From positions 3,114 to 67,113 of the forward strand of contig CAWUIP010000001.1 in the NCBI GenBank assembly GCA_963922415.1: a DNA stretch of 64,000 nt, read 5' to 3'. The DNA comes from an uncultured Aliishimia sp. Its GTDB lineage: Bacteria > Pseudomonadota > Alphaproteobacteria > Rhodobacterales > Rhodobacteraceae. A program made the position numbers and the translations under genes. The notes below the pieces were generated by a model that was not told where the DNA came from, searched no databases, and worked only from the letters and a program-made list of their open reading frames with translations. The first letter of the stretch is position 1. Each line of letters begins with the position of its first letter. Shown one piece after another: positions 8,588-17,104 of the stretch.

Positions 8588-10510
8588 TCACGCTGCCGAT
8601 TTTGAGGCAACTTCATTATTCTCATCATTTATATGAATTTCCTTGAAGTCGGATGCCTCAGCTTCGGGGAGGGGCACCGGTCGCATGACCTCCCGCGCAA
8701 TGTCGGCCAGCCCAATGCACAGTGCGAGCAGATTGGGGGCAGCCACATAGCGTGGCGTCCATGTGGGCGCGAAGGCCGATTTGAATTGGCGCAAGCCTGC
8801 CGCGTGGGAGTATCCTGCTGTGTAGATCGCAAAAGCCCGCCACAGGGCGCTTGACGGATTAGGGCAGGCGGGCGCTGCAGCCAAACACAGGTGGCCAATC
8901 TCTTGGGCGCGCGCATCGGCGAGGGCAGTCGCCACAATTTTATAAATCGTGCCATCCGGCGCGCCTTGGCCGTCGCGCATGAGGTCAAGTGACCATTCAA
9001 GCTCTGTTGCGTGAAAACTCGCAAATGCAACGGCGATGCCGTCTACACGGGCGACATAAACTCGTTGGCCTGACAGGTAGGACGGGCAAAACCGTCCCAT
9101 TGTGGCTCCGCGTGCGGGCCCGTGACGCGCTTGCCAGTCCGCGTCGAGTGCTGCGAGGGCTGCCATGTCGCCCACGTGCGCCCTCTCGACCGTAACGCCG
9201 GCCCTGTCGGCCTTCCGCAACTTTCGCCGCAACCCAGAACACGCAGGACACTGCACATCAAACGTAGCAGGTATCACCATCGCTTCATCGGCAAGATGTA
9301 TCACTGACCAGCCTGCGGTACGCGCGCGCACAGCGGTTTGGGCGGAGCATTTGTAGAGAACGGCAAACCGATTGCGCTGCCGCGCGCGCCGCGCCAGCTC
9401 CGGAAAGAAAGCCTTTCGGGGGGCCTCTGAGGGATCAAAGAGGCCAATGAAGGTCTGCGCTGTTCGCGAGACGGCCATCAGATGCCCTGCAATATAGGCG
9501 ACCTGGCCGCCTGTCTGGCGAATAACACCCGACTCTGCGCGGGGAAGTTCGGCCAAAGACGTCAGGTTTAGCTCTTCGGCACGGCCAGATGCGACACCGC
9601 GTTTTGGCGCAAAGGTCAGGTAAACAAAGGCCAAGATCGCGGGGGCCACGTAATAGACAATGCGAAACGCCCCAAAGGCGACCAAGAGTGCGGCCGTGTC
9701 GGGAACTTGCGGCATCGTGTAGCTGGCGATTGAAAGCAAAGTCAGATCAAAAGGGCCTGCACCGGCGGGCGTTCCCGATAAGACCCCGACCGCGAGCGCG
9801 ACTGCAAATGCGGTCAGGAACGGCCAGAAAGCAACCGCAACCTCAGCGGGCAGCAGGGCGTACAGCGCCAATCCCGCATAGCCTATGTCGACGAACGCCC
9901 ACAAAATTGCGGCCCCATGCGCGCGCAGTGATGGCATGTGCATTGACACGCGACCGAGCTGCCAGTGCGGCCACCAAACAGTGGCCAACAGTGCGCAAAA
10001 CACGCATATCAGTGTGGTGATGGCGAGCCAGGACGCCGCCGCGTTGGTCGCACCAAGCAGAGCGATGGTGGCAATGGTCGCGGCCATGCCAAAGACAAAC
10101 GTCAATGTGGTAAAGACAGTGATGCGCGCCGCCATCGCTGCTCCGATGTCGGGCAAAAGCCGCCATCGCACCAGCCCGCCCACAACGGGTCCTGCGCCCA
10201 GCGCCTGACCCAAGGCCACAGCGGCAGCACCCGCGGCGCGGCCGCGATAGGGCGCTACATTTGTGTGGAAATGACGGTGGCCGATCAGATCATACTGGCT
10301 TACGGCGGCCAAGCTGACGGCGGTTGCGACACCTGCCAAAACCCACTGCCAAAGACCAATTGCGGCCCAATAGGCCGTGATCTGCGCAGACTCCAGACCA
10401 GACAAAACCGGCCACAAAAGCGCAAACGACCCAATCAGCCATGCAAGCGGGATCAGGCGCGACAGCCACGCCTTAAACCCATTTTTCAAATGAAACGCCG
10501 ACATCTTCAC
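8588..10510 (-). CDS. MprF/LpiA-like aminoacyl-phosphatidylglycerol synthase (polytopic N-terminus plus DUF2156-type C-terminus)
   Basis: About 330 aa of hydrophobic helices followed by a soluble C-terminal domain resembling the lysyl-PG synthase domain. Assignment is from recollection of the family. Confidence 0.6.
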   Translation of the reverse strand: MKMSAFHLKNGFKAWLSRLIPLAWLIGSFALLWPVLSGLESAQITAYWAAIGLWQWVLAGVATAVSLAAVSQYDLIGHRHFHTNVAPYRGRAAGAAAVALGQALGAGPVVGGLVRWRLLPDIGAAMAARITVFTTLTFVFGMAATIATIALLGATNAAASWLAITTLICVFCALLATVWWPHWQLGRVSMHMPSLRAHGAAILWAFVDIGYAGLALYALLPAEVAVAFWPFLTAFAVALAVGVLSGTPAGAGPFDLTLLSIASYTMPQVPDTAALLVAFGAFRIVYYVAPAILAFVYLTFAPKRGVASGRAEELNLTSLAELPRAESGVIRQTGGQVAYIAGHLMAVSRTAQTFIGLFDPSEAPRKAFFPELARRARQRNRFAVLYKCSAQTAVRARTAGWSVIHLADEAMVIPATFDVQCPACSGLRRKLRKADRAGVTVERAHVGDMAALAALDADWQARHGPARGATMGRFCPSYLSGQRVYVARVDGIAVAFASFHATELEWSLDLMRDGQGAPDGTIYKIVATALADARAQEIGHLCLAAAPACPNPSSALWRAFAIYTAGYSHAAGLRQFKSAFAPTWTPRYVAAPNLLALCIGLADIAREVMRPVPLPEAEASDFKEIHINDENNEVASKSAA

Positions 10511-10594
10511 CCCTACACCACGGGCGCAGGTCTATCAGCGACGTGTGACTAAGGGTTTAATAGGCCGGCGCGTTTGACGCCAAGCCGCATCAGA

Positions 10595-10912
10595 TCACGA
10601 GGTCTCGGACATCAATTGCGCTTTGGCCTCCGCCATAAGGGCTTTCATCTGCGCGCGGATCGTGTCCTCGTCTGCTTTATCACCAAGATCGCCCGAGACT
10701 TTGCGGTAGACATCTTCGTCGCCGGCCTCTTCGAAGTCGGACTTTACGACGTCTTTGGCGTAGGCTTCTGCATCATCACCGGTCTTGCCCAGCAACTCTG
10801 CCGCCCAAAGCCCCAAAAGCTTGTTGCGCCGCGCTTCGGCTTTGAACTGCATCTCCGCATCATGGGCGAACTTGTTTTCAAATGCGTTCTCACGGTCTTC
10901 AAAGGTGCTCAT
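10595..10912 (-). CDS. DUF1476 protein (zeta-type F1-ATPase inhibitor family of alphaproteobacteria)
   Basis: 105 aa from MSTFEDRENAFENKFAHDAEMQFKAEARRNKLLGLWAAE, which is typical of DUF1476. Confidence 0.7.
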   Translation of the reverse strand: MSTFEDRENAFENKFAHDAEMQFKAEARRNKLLGLWAAELLGKTGDDAEAYAKDVVKSDFEEAGDEDVYRKVSGDLGDKADEDTIRAQMKALMAEAKAQLMSETS

Positions 10913-11069
10913 GTGGCTCTCGCTAATGGTGGTTGTTCCGTTACGGTTAGATATGCGTCCTGGCCGCGCGCATGCAAGGGGTGTGAGGCTGCTTGGCATT
11001 GTTCAGGGCTTGGCGTAAGAGGTCGCAGCACCCCGTGTCGCCGCAGGGCCCGGGTCGACCGTTGAAAGG

Positions 11070-11837
11070 ATGCCGATGGCGCGCCGCAAAAAGATCTACG
11101 AAGGCAAAGCAAAGATACTCTACGAAGGCCCAGAGCCCGGCACGATCGTTCAATATTTTAAAGACGATGCGACGGCCTACAATGCAGAAAAACACGATGT
11201 GATCGAAGGCAAGGGCGTGCTCAACAATCGCCTAAGCGAGTTTTTCATGTCTGGCCTAAATCAGGTGGGTGTTCCGACGCACTTTCTGAAGCGGTTGAAT
11301 ATGCGCGAACAACTGGTGCGGTCGTGCGAGATTATTCCGCTTGAGATCATTGTTCGGAACTTTGCCGCCGGATCCATGTCGAAGCGTCTTGGGATCGAAG
11401 AAGGCACGCAACTGCCGCGTCCCATTGTGGAATATTGCTATAAGAACGATGATTTGGGTGATCCATTGGTCACCGAAGAGCATATCGCCGCCTTCGGATG
11501 GGCCAGTCAGCAGGACATGGACGACATTGTAAGCCTGGCGCTGCGCGTGAATGACTTCATGAGCGGCGTTCTGTTCGGCGTTGGAATTCGGTTGGTCGAC
11601 TTCAAAATCGAGATTGGCCGCATCTACGACGGAGACTTTATGCGGCTCATCGTGGCCGACGAGATTAGCCCGGACTCGTGCCGATTGTGGGACATGGAGA
11701 CAGGTCAACGGCTGGATAAAGACGTGTTCCGGCGCGACTTGGGATCGCTCACAGACGCCTACACAGAAGTGGCGATGCGTCTTGGGGTCATGCCGAAAAA
11801 CACGGGCCAGTTCAGCAAACCAACGCTGATCAACTGA
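11070..11837 (+). CDS. purC: Phosphoribosylaminoimidazole-succinocarboxamide synthase
   Basis: [12 protein letters not shown]-terminus and [15 protein letters not shown] motif. Confidence 0.93.
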   Translation: MPMARRKKIYEGKAKILYEGPEPGTIVQYFKDDATAYNAEKHDVIEGKGVLNNRLSEFFMSGLNQVGVPTHFLKRLNMREQLVRSCEIIPLEIIVRNFAAGSMSKRLGIEEGTQLPRPIVEYCYKNDDLGDPLVTEEHIAAFGWASQQDMDDIVSLALRVNDFMSGVLFGVGIRLVDFKIEIGRIYDGDFMRLIVADEISPDSCRLWDMETGQRLDKDVFRRDLGSLTDAYTEVAMRLGVMPKNTGQFSKPTLIN

Positions 11838-11856
11838 CGCATAGGAACGAAAAGAG

Positions 11857-12096
11857 GTGGCAGGGATGAAAGCACGCGTGCATGTCATGCTGAAAAACGG
11901 AGTTCTGGACCCCCAGGGCGAAGCGGTGCGTCATGCGCTTGGAGCGCTTGGCTTTGAAGGGGTTGAGGGCGTGCGCCAAGGCAAAGTCATTGAGTTGGAC
12001 CTCGCCGATGGCATCTCTGAGACTGCGATCAAAGACATGTGTGAAAAACTGCTCGCCAATACAGTGATTGAAAGCTATCGGGTGGAGCTTCTGTGA
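11857..12096 (+). CDS. purS: FGAM synthase subunit PurS
   Basis: 79 aa with VLDPQGEAV motif, sitting between purC and purQ. Confidence 0.9.
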   Translation: MAGMKARVHVMLKNGVLDPQGEAVRHALGALGFEGVEGVRQGKVIELDLADGISETAIKDMCEKLLANTVIESYRVELL

Positions 12097-12767
12097 CCAT
12101 GCGCGCTGGTGTTTTGGTCTTTCCTGGATCGAACTGCGATCGAGATCTAGAAGTTGCCTTCCGGGCTGCGGGTTTTCAAGTCGAGATGGTTTGGCACAAG
12201 GAAACAACCCTGCCAGATGGCCTGGACATTGTCGGCGTGCCTGGCGGCTTTTCCTATGGGGATTACTTGCGCTGCGGCGCTATCGCGGCGCGGTCGCCGA
12301 TCTGCAGCGCGCTCGTTGCCCATGCAGAGCGGGGCGGGTTGGTTTTGGGCATCTGCAATGGCTTCCAAATCCTCACCGAAACAGGCCTTTTACCCGGTGC
12401 TCTGCTCCAAAATGCGAAACTGAAATACATTTGCAAAACTGTTGCGTTGAAGGTGGCAACTGAAAGCAGCCTCTTCACATCCGGGTATGCGGCGGGGGAT
12501 ATCGTCGACATTCCGATCGCGCATCATGAAGGCAACTACTTCGCCGATGATGACACAATTTCCCGTTTAAAAGACGAGGACAGAATCGCCTTCACCTATT
12601 GCGACACGCCGAACGGCGCGAAGGCTGATATTGCGGGCATTTTAAGCGAAAACCGCCGGATCCTCGGCATGATGCCGCACCCCGAACGAGCAGCCGATCC
12701 CGGCCACGGCGGCAACGATGGTGCCGCGCTCTTTCGGGCATTGGCAGACAGCCTGACTTTGGTTTGA
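12093..12767 (+). CDS. purQ: FGAM synthase glutamine amidotransferase subunit
   Basis: VFPGSNCDRD, GICNGFQ (catalytic Cys) and MMPHPER motifs. GTG 12093 overlaps the purS stop. ATG 12099 is an alternative start. Confidence 0.93.
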   Translation: MTMRAGVLVFPGSNCDRDLEVAFRAAGFQVEMVWHKETTLPDGLDIVGVPGGFSYGDYLRCGAIAARSPICSALVAHAERGGLVLGICNGFQILTETGLLPGALLQNAKLKYICKTVALKVATESSLFTSGYAAGDIVDIPIAHHEGNYFADDDTISRLKDEDRIAFTYCDTPNGAKADIAGILSENRRILGMMPHPERAADPGHGGNDGAALFRALADSLTLV

Positions 12768-12826
12768 CTTGAGCAAGCCCTAAGAGCGCCTTAATCTCGG
12801 CCCATGACCGAGGTTAAATATATCTA

Positions 12827-14593
12827 ATGACCGAGGCAGTTCGCAGATCCACAGGCGACGCGTCCCAACGACGCGTGCGCATCGTCTTTTTGGCGGTCTT
12901 TGCCGTGGCGTCTTTGACGGTATGGATTACAAATCGGCTGCTGAGTGAGCGCTTCATCGAAGACACGCGCGGCGAGGCAGAGTTGCAGGTGACCCTGAAC
13001 AGCGGCAACCTGATGGCTGAGCTGCGCCAGAACCGCATCGTGCCACAGCTATTGTCGCGCGACCCTGAACTGATCGATGCTTTGGTCACATCGAACTTCT
13101 CCGGCTCCACGCAACGTCTCATGACCTTCCAAGAAGAGACCGGCGTCGCGTCACTTATGCTGCTGGACCTTGATGGGCGTAGTATGGCGTCCACCGACCG
13201 CAATCGGCTTGGCACACAACACAGTGCGCGCGCTTATTTTGTTGAAGCTTTACGAGCACCTGACACGATATTCACGGTCGAGCGGCGCGAGACGGGCGGC
13301 TATGCCTTTGTCTATTCCCGGCGCGTCGTGTCCGGCTCCGTGCCGCTCGGTGTGATCCTGGTAGAGGTCGATCTTCAGAAATTCGAACGGGCCTGGTCTG
13401 GGATCGCAGAAGCGTTTTTGGTGCTCGACAGCGCGGGTACCGTGATCTTGTCGACGCGTCCGCAGTGGCGCGGGTCGACGGAAGAGGCGGCTTTGGCGGC
13501 TGAACAGGATCCGGGTGCCTTCGGTTGGGCGCGCCGTCTTGGTGCGGACTGGTCGATGCCGCAATCTGACACCTACCTTCAGGACGAGCCGATGATCCGT
13601 CTGGAAACCCGCGTGCCGTTCCGGGGGTGGCGCATGGTGTCCTACACCTCTTTTGCCACAGTGCGCGAACGCGTGAACGGTGTTTTGGCGCTCGAAATCA
13701 TGGTCTTTGCGATTCTCTTGGCGCTCGCGTTCTACGCCCAGAACCGAAAATCGGCGGACCGTGCTTCCCTTTTTGCGCGAGAGTCGGCAGAGCTCCGCAC
13801 GCTAAACCAGCAGCTCCAGCAAGAAATCGCCGAGCGTTTGCGCGTCCAAGAGAGCCTCGCGGTGGCGGAACAGACGCTCGAACAATCCAGCAAATTGGCG
13901 GCTCTGGGCGAGATGTCGGCGGCTGTCAGTCACGAGTTGAACCAACCTTTAGCGGCGATGAAAACCTATCTTGCGGGGGCCAAGCTTTTGCTGAGGCGCA
14001 ATCGACCGGATGAGGCGCTTTCGGCCTTCAGGCGGATCGATGATCTGATCGAGCGGATGGGCATGATCACCCGCCAATTGAAGTCTTATGCACGCAAAGG
14101 GCAGGCAGCCTGGAGCCCTGTGAATATGCAAGATGCACTGGCCTCTAGCCTTGCGATGATGGAGCCGCAGCTGCGCCAGCGCGAGGTCCTGATCAACCGC
14201 AACTTCCCGCGCGAGCCGGTCGAGGTTCTGGGCGATCAGCTCCGCATCGAGCAGGTTATGATCAACCTCTTGCGCAACGCCCTCGACGCCACCAAATCCC
14301 AAAAAGAGGCCCGGATCGATATCATCTTGGCCGCGGGCGAGTCCGCGGTGGTCACGATCCGCGACAATGGCCCCGGGATCGAGAACAAGAATGAGCTTTT
14401 TGAGCCCTTTTACACCACCAAGCAGCCCGGAGACGGCGTTGGCCTGGGGCTTGCGATCTCGTCTGGCATCGTCAACGAGTTGGGAGGACGGCTCCGTGCC
14501 CGCAACGGACAGAAAGGCGGCGCGGTGTTTGAAGTGCATCTGCCGATCCACGAGAATGGTCTCGCTGGGTCGGATGTAACAGCAGCAGAGTGA
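12827..14593 (+). CDS. Sensor histidine kinase, DctB-like
   Basis: Two TM segments flank a periplasmic domain. H-box SHELNQPL, N-box LLRNALDA, G1 DNGPGI, G2 GVGLGLAIS. Confidence 0.8.
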   Translation: MTEAVRRSTGDASQRRVRIVFLAVFAVASLTVWITNRLLSERFIEDTRGEAELQVTLNSGNLMAELRQNRIVPQLLSRDPELIDALVTSNFSGSTQRLMTFQEETGVASLMLLDLDGRSMASTDRNRLGTQHSARAYFVEALRAPDTIFTVERRETGGYAFVYSRRVVSGSVPLGVILVEVDLQKFERAWSGIAEAFLVLDSAGTVILSTRPQWRGSTEEAALAAEQDPGAFGWARRLGADWSMPQSDTYLQDEPMIRLETRVPFRGWRMVSYTSFATVRERVNGVLALEIMVFAILLALAFYAQNRKSADRASLFARESAELRTLNQQLQQEIAERLRVQESLAVAEQTLEQSSKLAALGEMSAAVSHELNQPLAAMKTYLAGAKLLLRRNRPDEALSAFRRIDDLIERMGMITRQLKSYARKGQAAWSPVNMQDALASSLAMMEPQLRQREVLINRNFPREPVEVLGDQLRIEQVMINLLRNALDATKSQKEARIDIILAAGESAVVTIRDNGPGIENKNELFEPFYTTKQPGDGVGLGLAISSGIVNELGGRLRARNGQKGGAVFEVHLPIHENGLAGSDVTAAE

Positions 14594-14604
14594 GGACCGA
14601 GAGC

Positions 14605-15939
14605 ATGGCCCAAGCGATGAAGATTGCGATTGTAGACGACGAGCGCGACATGCGGCAGTCGATCAGCCAGTGGCTGGCCCTGTCGGGTTACGACACCGAA
14701 ACCTTCGCGAGCGCAGAAGACGCGCTTAAGAACCTGGGCCCGGAATATCCGGGCATCGTTATCTCGGACATTCGTATGCCGGGCATGGACGGGATGCAGT
14801 TTCTCAAAAAGCTGATGGGGTCCGACAGTGCGCTGCCGGTGATCATGATTACTGGTCACGGCGACGTGCCGATGGCGGTTGAGGCGATGCGTGTGGGCGC
14901 CTTCGACTTCCTGGAAAAGCCCTTTAACCCCGATCGCATGTCCGAACTGGCTAAGAAGGCCACCAATGCTCGCCGCTTGACGATGGACAACCGCGTGCTG
15001 CGGCGCGAGCTGTCGGATGGCGGCACGATCATGAAAAAGCTCATTGGTCAGTCGCCTGTGATGGAGCGGCTGCGCGAAGATATCTTGGATCTGGGCCAGG
15101 CGGATGGTCACGTGCTGATCGAAGGCGAAACAGGCACAGGCAAGACCATGGTGGCCCATGCGCTTCACGCTGTGGGCAGCCGCGCGGGCAAGAAGTTCAC
15201 GCTGATCACATGTTCCGCGCTGGAAGAAGAGGTGCTTGCGAAACGCCTCTTTGGCCCGATGCTGCCCGAGGATGCGATCCTGCCTGCCATCGAAGAGGCG
15301 CGGGGCGGCACGCTGGTGCTTGAAGACATCGAAGCGTTGAGCGAGGCGCTTCAAGCCCGGCTTCTGAGTGCGATCAATGATCAAGGCACACCTGCCGAGA
15401 CGCGCATCATCGCGATCTGTAACATGCAAGACGAAGGCCGCACGACCGAGGATGCGCTGCGCCCGGATCTATTCTATCGCTTGGCTGCGTTGCGGGTCGT
15501 AGTGCCGCCACTTCGCCAGAGGGGCGAGGATATCTTGGCGCTTTTCACCCGTTTGTCCGAGCAGTTCGCCGAAGAATACGGATGCGAGGCGCCAAATGTG
15601 TCCGCGCAAGAGGCGGCACAACTGATGCAGGCACCCTGGCCGGGCAATGTGCGCCAGTTGATCAACGTGGCCGAACGCGCGGTGCTGCAAGAACGTCGCG
15701 GCTCGGGCACCATCGCCTCGCTGCTGATGTCGGACCACGAGGAAATGAAACCCGTGATGACGACAGAAGGCAAACCGCTCAAGGAGTATGTCGAAGCCTT
15801 CGAACGCATGCTGATCGACAACACGATGCGTCGGCACAAGGGCTCAATCTCTAGCGTGATGGACGAGCTGTGCTTGCCGCGCCGCACGCTCAACGAGAAA
15901 ATGGCCAAATACGGCTTGGCCCGCGCAGACTATATCTGA
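14605..15939 (+). CDS. NtrC/DctD-family response regulator (receiver + AAA+ + Fis-HTH) lacking the GAFTGA sigma-54 contact motif
   Basis: Canonical receiver (VDDE...ISDIRMPGMDG...EKP), Walker A GETGTGKT, WPGNVRQL and a C-terminal HTH. No GAFTGA is present between LFGP and GGTLVLEDIE. GTG 14590 and ATG 14617 are alternative starts. Confidence 0.8.
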   Translation: MAQAMKIAIVDDERDMRQSISQWLALSGYDTETFASAEDALKNLGPEYPGIVISDIRMPGMDGMQFLKKLMGSDSALPVIMITGHGDVPMAVEAMRVGAFDFLEKPFNPDRMSELAKKATNARRLTMDNRVLRRELSDGGTIMKKLIGQSPVMERLREDILDLGQADGHVLIEGETGTGKTMVAHALHAVGSRAGKKFTLITCSALEEEVLAKRLFGPMLPEDAILPAIEEARGGTLVLEDIEALSEALQARLLSAINDQGTPAETRIIAICNMQDEGRTTEDALRPDLFYRLAALRVVVPPLRQRGEDILALFTRLSEQFAEEYGCEAPNVSAQEAAQLMQAPWPGNVRQLINVAERAVLQERRGSGTIASLLMSDHEEMKPVMTTEGKPLKEYVEAFERMLIDNTMRRHKGSISSVMDELCLPRRTLNEKMAKYGLARADYI

Positions 15940-15967
15940 CGCGATATTTCCGAGTGACAGGAGAAGT

Positions 15968-16001
15968 GACCGCGCCTGCCATGCGCGGTCGTTTTCATTT
16001 T
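15968..16001 (+). terminator. Rho-independent terminator after the dctD-like gene
   Basis: GACCGCGC / GCGCGGTC 8-bp stem with a 7-nt loop, followed by GTTTTCATTTT. Confidence 0.6.
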
Positions 16002-16046
16002 CAGAGCACCAGGCTAGGAGGGCGGCACCCCATAGGAGTTGCCGCG

Positions 16047-16733
16047 ATGCCCGCACCTTGCCTTTTCGACATGGACGGCCTGCTTTTGGATACAGAGCGG
16101 GTGTTCATGGCCTTGTCAGTGGACCTGCTGACCCCAAGAGGTTTCGAAGTGGCCACGGTCGAGGCGTTCTTTCGGACGCTTGTCGGAAGCTCGTCCGCCG
16201 AGACCAAGACCCGCATTGCCGACTTTTTAGGCGGGGCTGCGGCGGCAGACGCGTTTTACGAAGACTGGTACGCCGCGCTTGAGACGGCCTTGGCCGACCA
16301 CATTCCGTTGCGTCCTTATGTTGTGGAGGTTCTGACGCATCTGCAAAGCGCCGGTCACCCCATGTCTGTGGTAACCTCCACCCGTGGCGCGATGGCGCGC
16401 GCGCATCTGCAGACGGTGGGGCTGTTGGAGTTCTTTGACCACGTGACGGGCGGTGACGAAGTGTCCGCCAACAAGCCTGATCCCGCCCCGTATGTTGAAG
16501 CGGCTGCAAAGTTCGGGGTGGCGCCCGAGGTGTGCTTTGCCTTTGAAGACAGCGACCGCGGCATCGCCTCGGCTATGGCGGCGGGTTGCAAGGCGGCGCA
16601 AGTCCCAGACATTCGCGACGCGAGCGTTCCGTTGCCAGCGCTTGGGCAAATTGTAGCGACGGATCTGCGCGACGCTGTGGTGCAACTTGGGCTTGCAGGC
16701 CCGCAGAGCCTGTCGACGGCGTCAGCGGTGTGA
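16047..16733 (+). CDS. HAD-superfamily hydrolase (beta-phosphoglucomutase/phosphatase-like)
   Basis: Start MPAPCLFDMDGLLLDTE carries the DxDx(T) motif I. A later EDSDRGIASAMAAG resembles motif IV. Confidence 0.8.
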   Translation: MPAPCLFDMDGLLLDTERVFMALSVDLLTPRGFEVATVEAFFRTLVGSSSAETKTRIADFLGGAAAADAFYEDWYAALETALADHIPLRPYVVEVLTHLQSAGHPMSVVTSTRGAMARAHLQTVGLLEFFDHVTGGDEVSANKPDPAPYVEAAAKFGVAPEVCFAFEDSDRGIASAMAAGCKAAQVPDIRDASVPLPALGQIVATDLRDAVVQLGLAGPQSLSTASAV

Positions 16734-17104
16734 TCACTTTGCCCATTGTCTTCTGGCGCAGAAACCCTTTATCTAATCAAAGGCGCATGTTGCGCCGGTG
16801 ACAGTTTCGCTGCTTGGGACCTTCGAAGGTACGACAAAACCTCAAAGTCTCGGCAGACCGATTGGGTTCGCACTCAGGCGAACCGAGAGACGCTGGCAGT
16901 TTGCTACGGATGACTGCAGCTTATAAATGGGGCCTTCGTGCCTCGGAGAAGAACCGCGATGACGCGCGCAAGAGCAGATATGTTCCGATCAGCAGGCCGT
17001 AAGCGCCCGTGCTGCCGCGCAATTCCCATCGCTTTGACAAGACACAATCGACGAAGTCTCGCACCCCCCGGGGGGCAGCGCGTGCGATTGCGCAACGGAC
17101 CCAC
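16734..17104 (+). promoter_or_regulatory. Long leader / promoter region of rne
   Basis: 371-bp non-coding gap upstream of rne with several hairpins (for example GGTTCGC..GCGAACC near 16865 and the CCCCCCGGGGGG palindrome near 17062). RNase E genes are commonly autoregulated through long 5' UTRs. Confidence 0.4.

Noticed and set aside
10913-11069. Possible ZTP (pfl) or other purine-related leader upstream of purC
   Set aside because: There is only weak partial resemblance: CCTGGCCG and CGCCGCAGGGC versus ACUGGCG and CGCCUGGGC. Spacing and pairing do not fit.
14410-15429. 339-aa antisense ORF across the dctB/dctD junction. A 313-aa ORF at 52636-53577 lies antisense to the 2-hydroxyacid dehydrogenase gene
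   Set aside because: These are shadow ORFs with no motifs. The sense genes are well supported.
15870-16046. N-terminal extension of the HAD hydrolase ORF overlapping the end of dctD. Similar upstream extensions affect 30804-31061, 35757-36137, 39288-39383, 50188-50484 and 26723-26956
   Set aside because: The extensions overlap upstream genes or terminators and lack family similarity. Internal starts with SD sequences or stop/start overlaps give proteins of canonical length.
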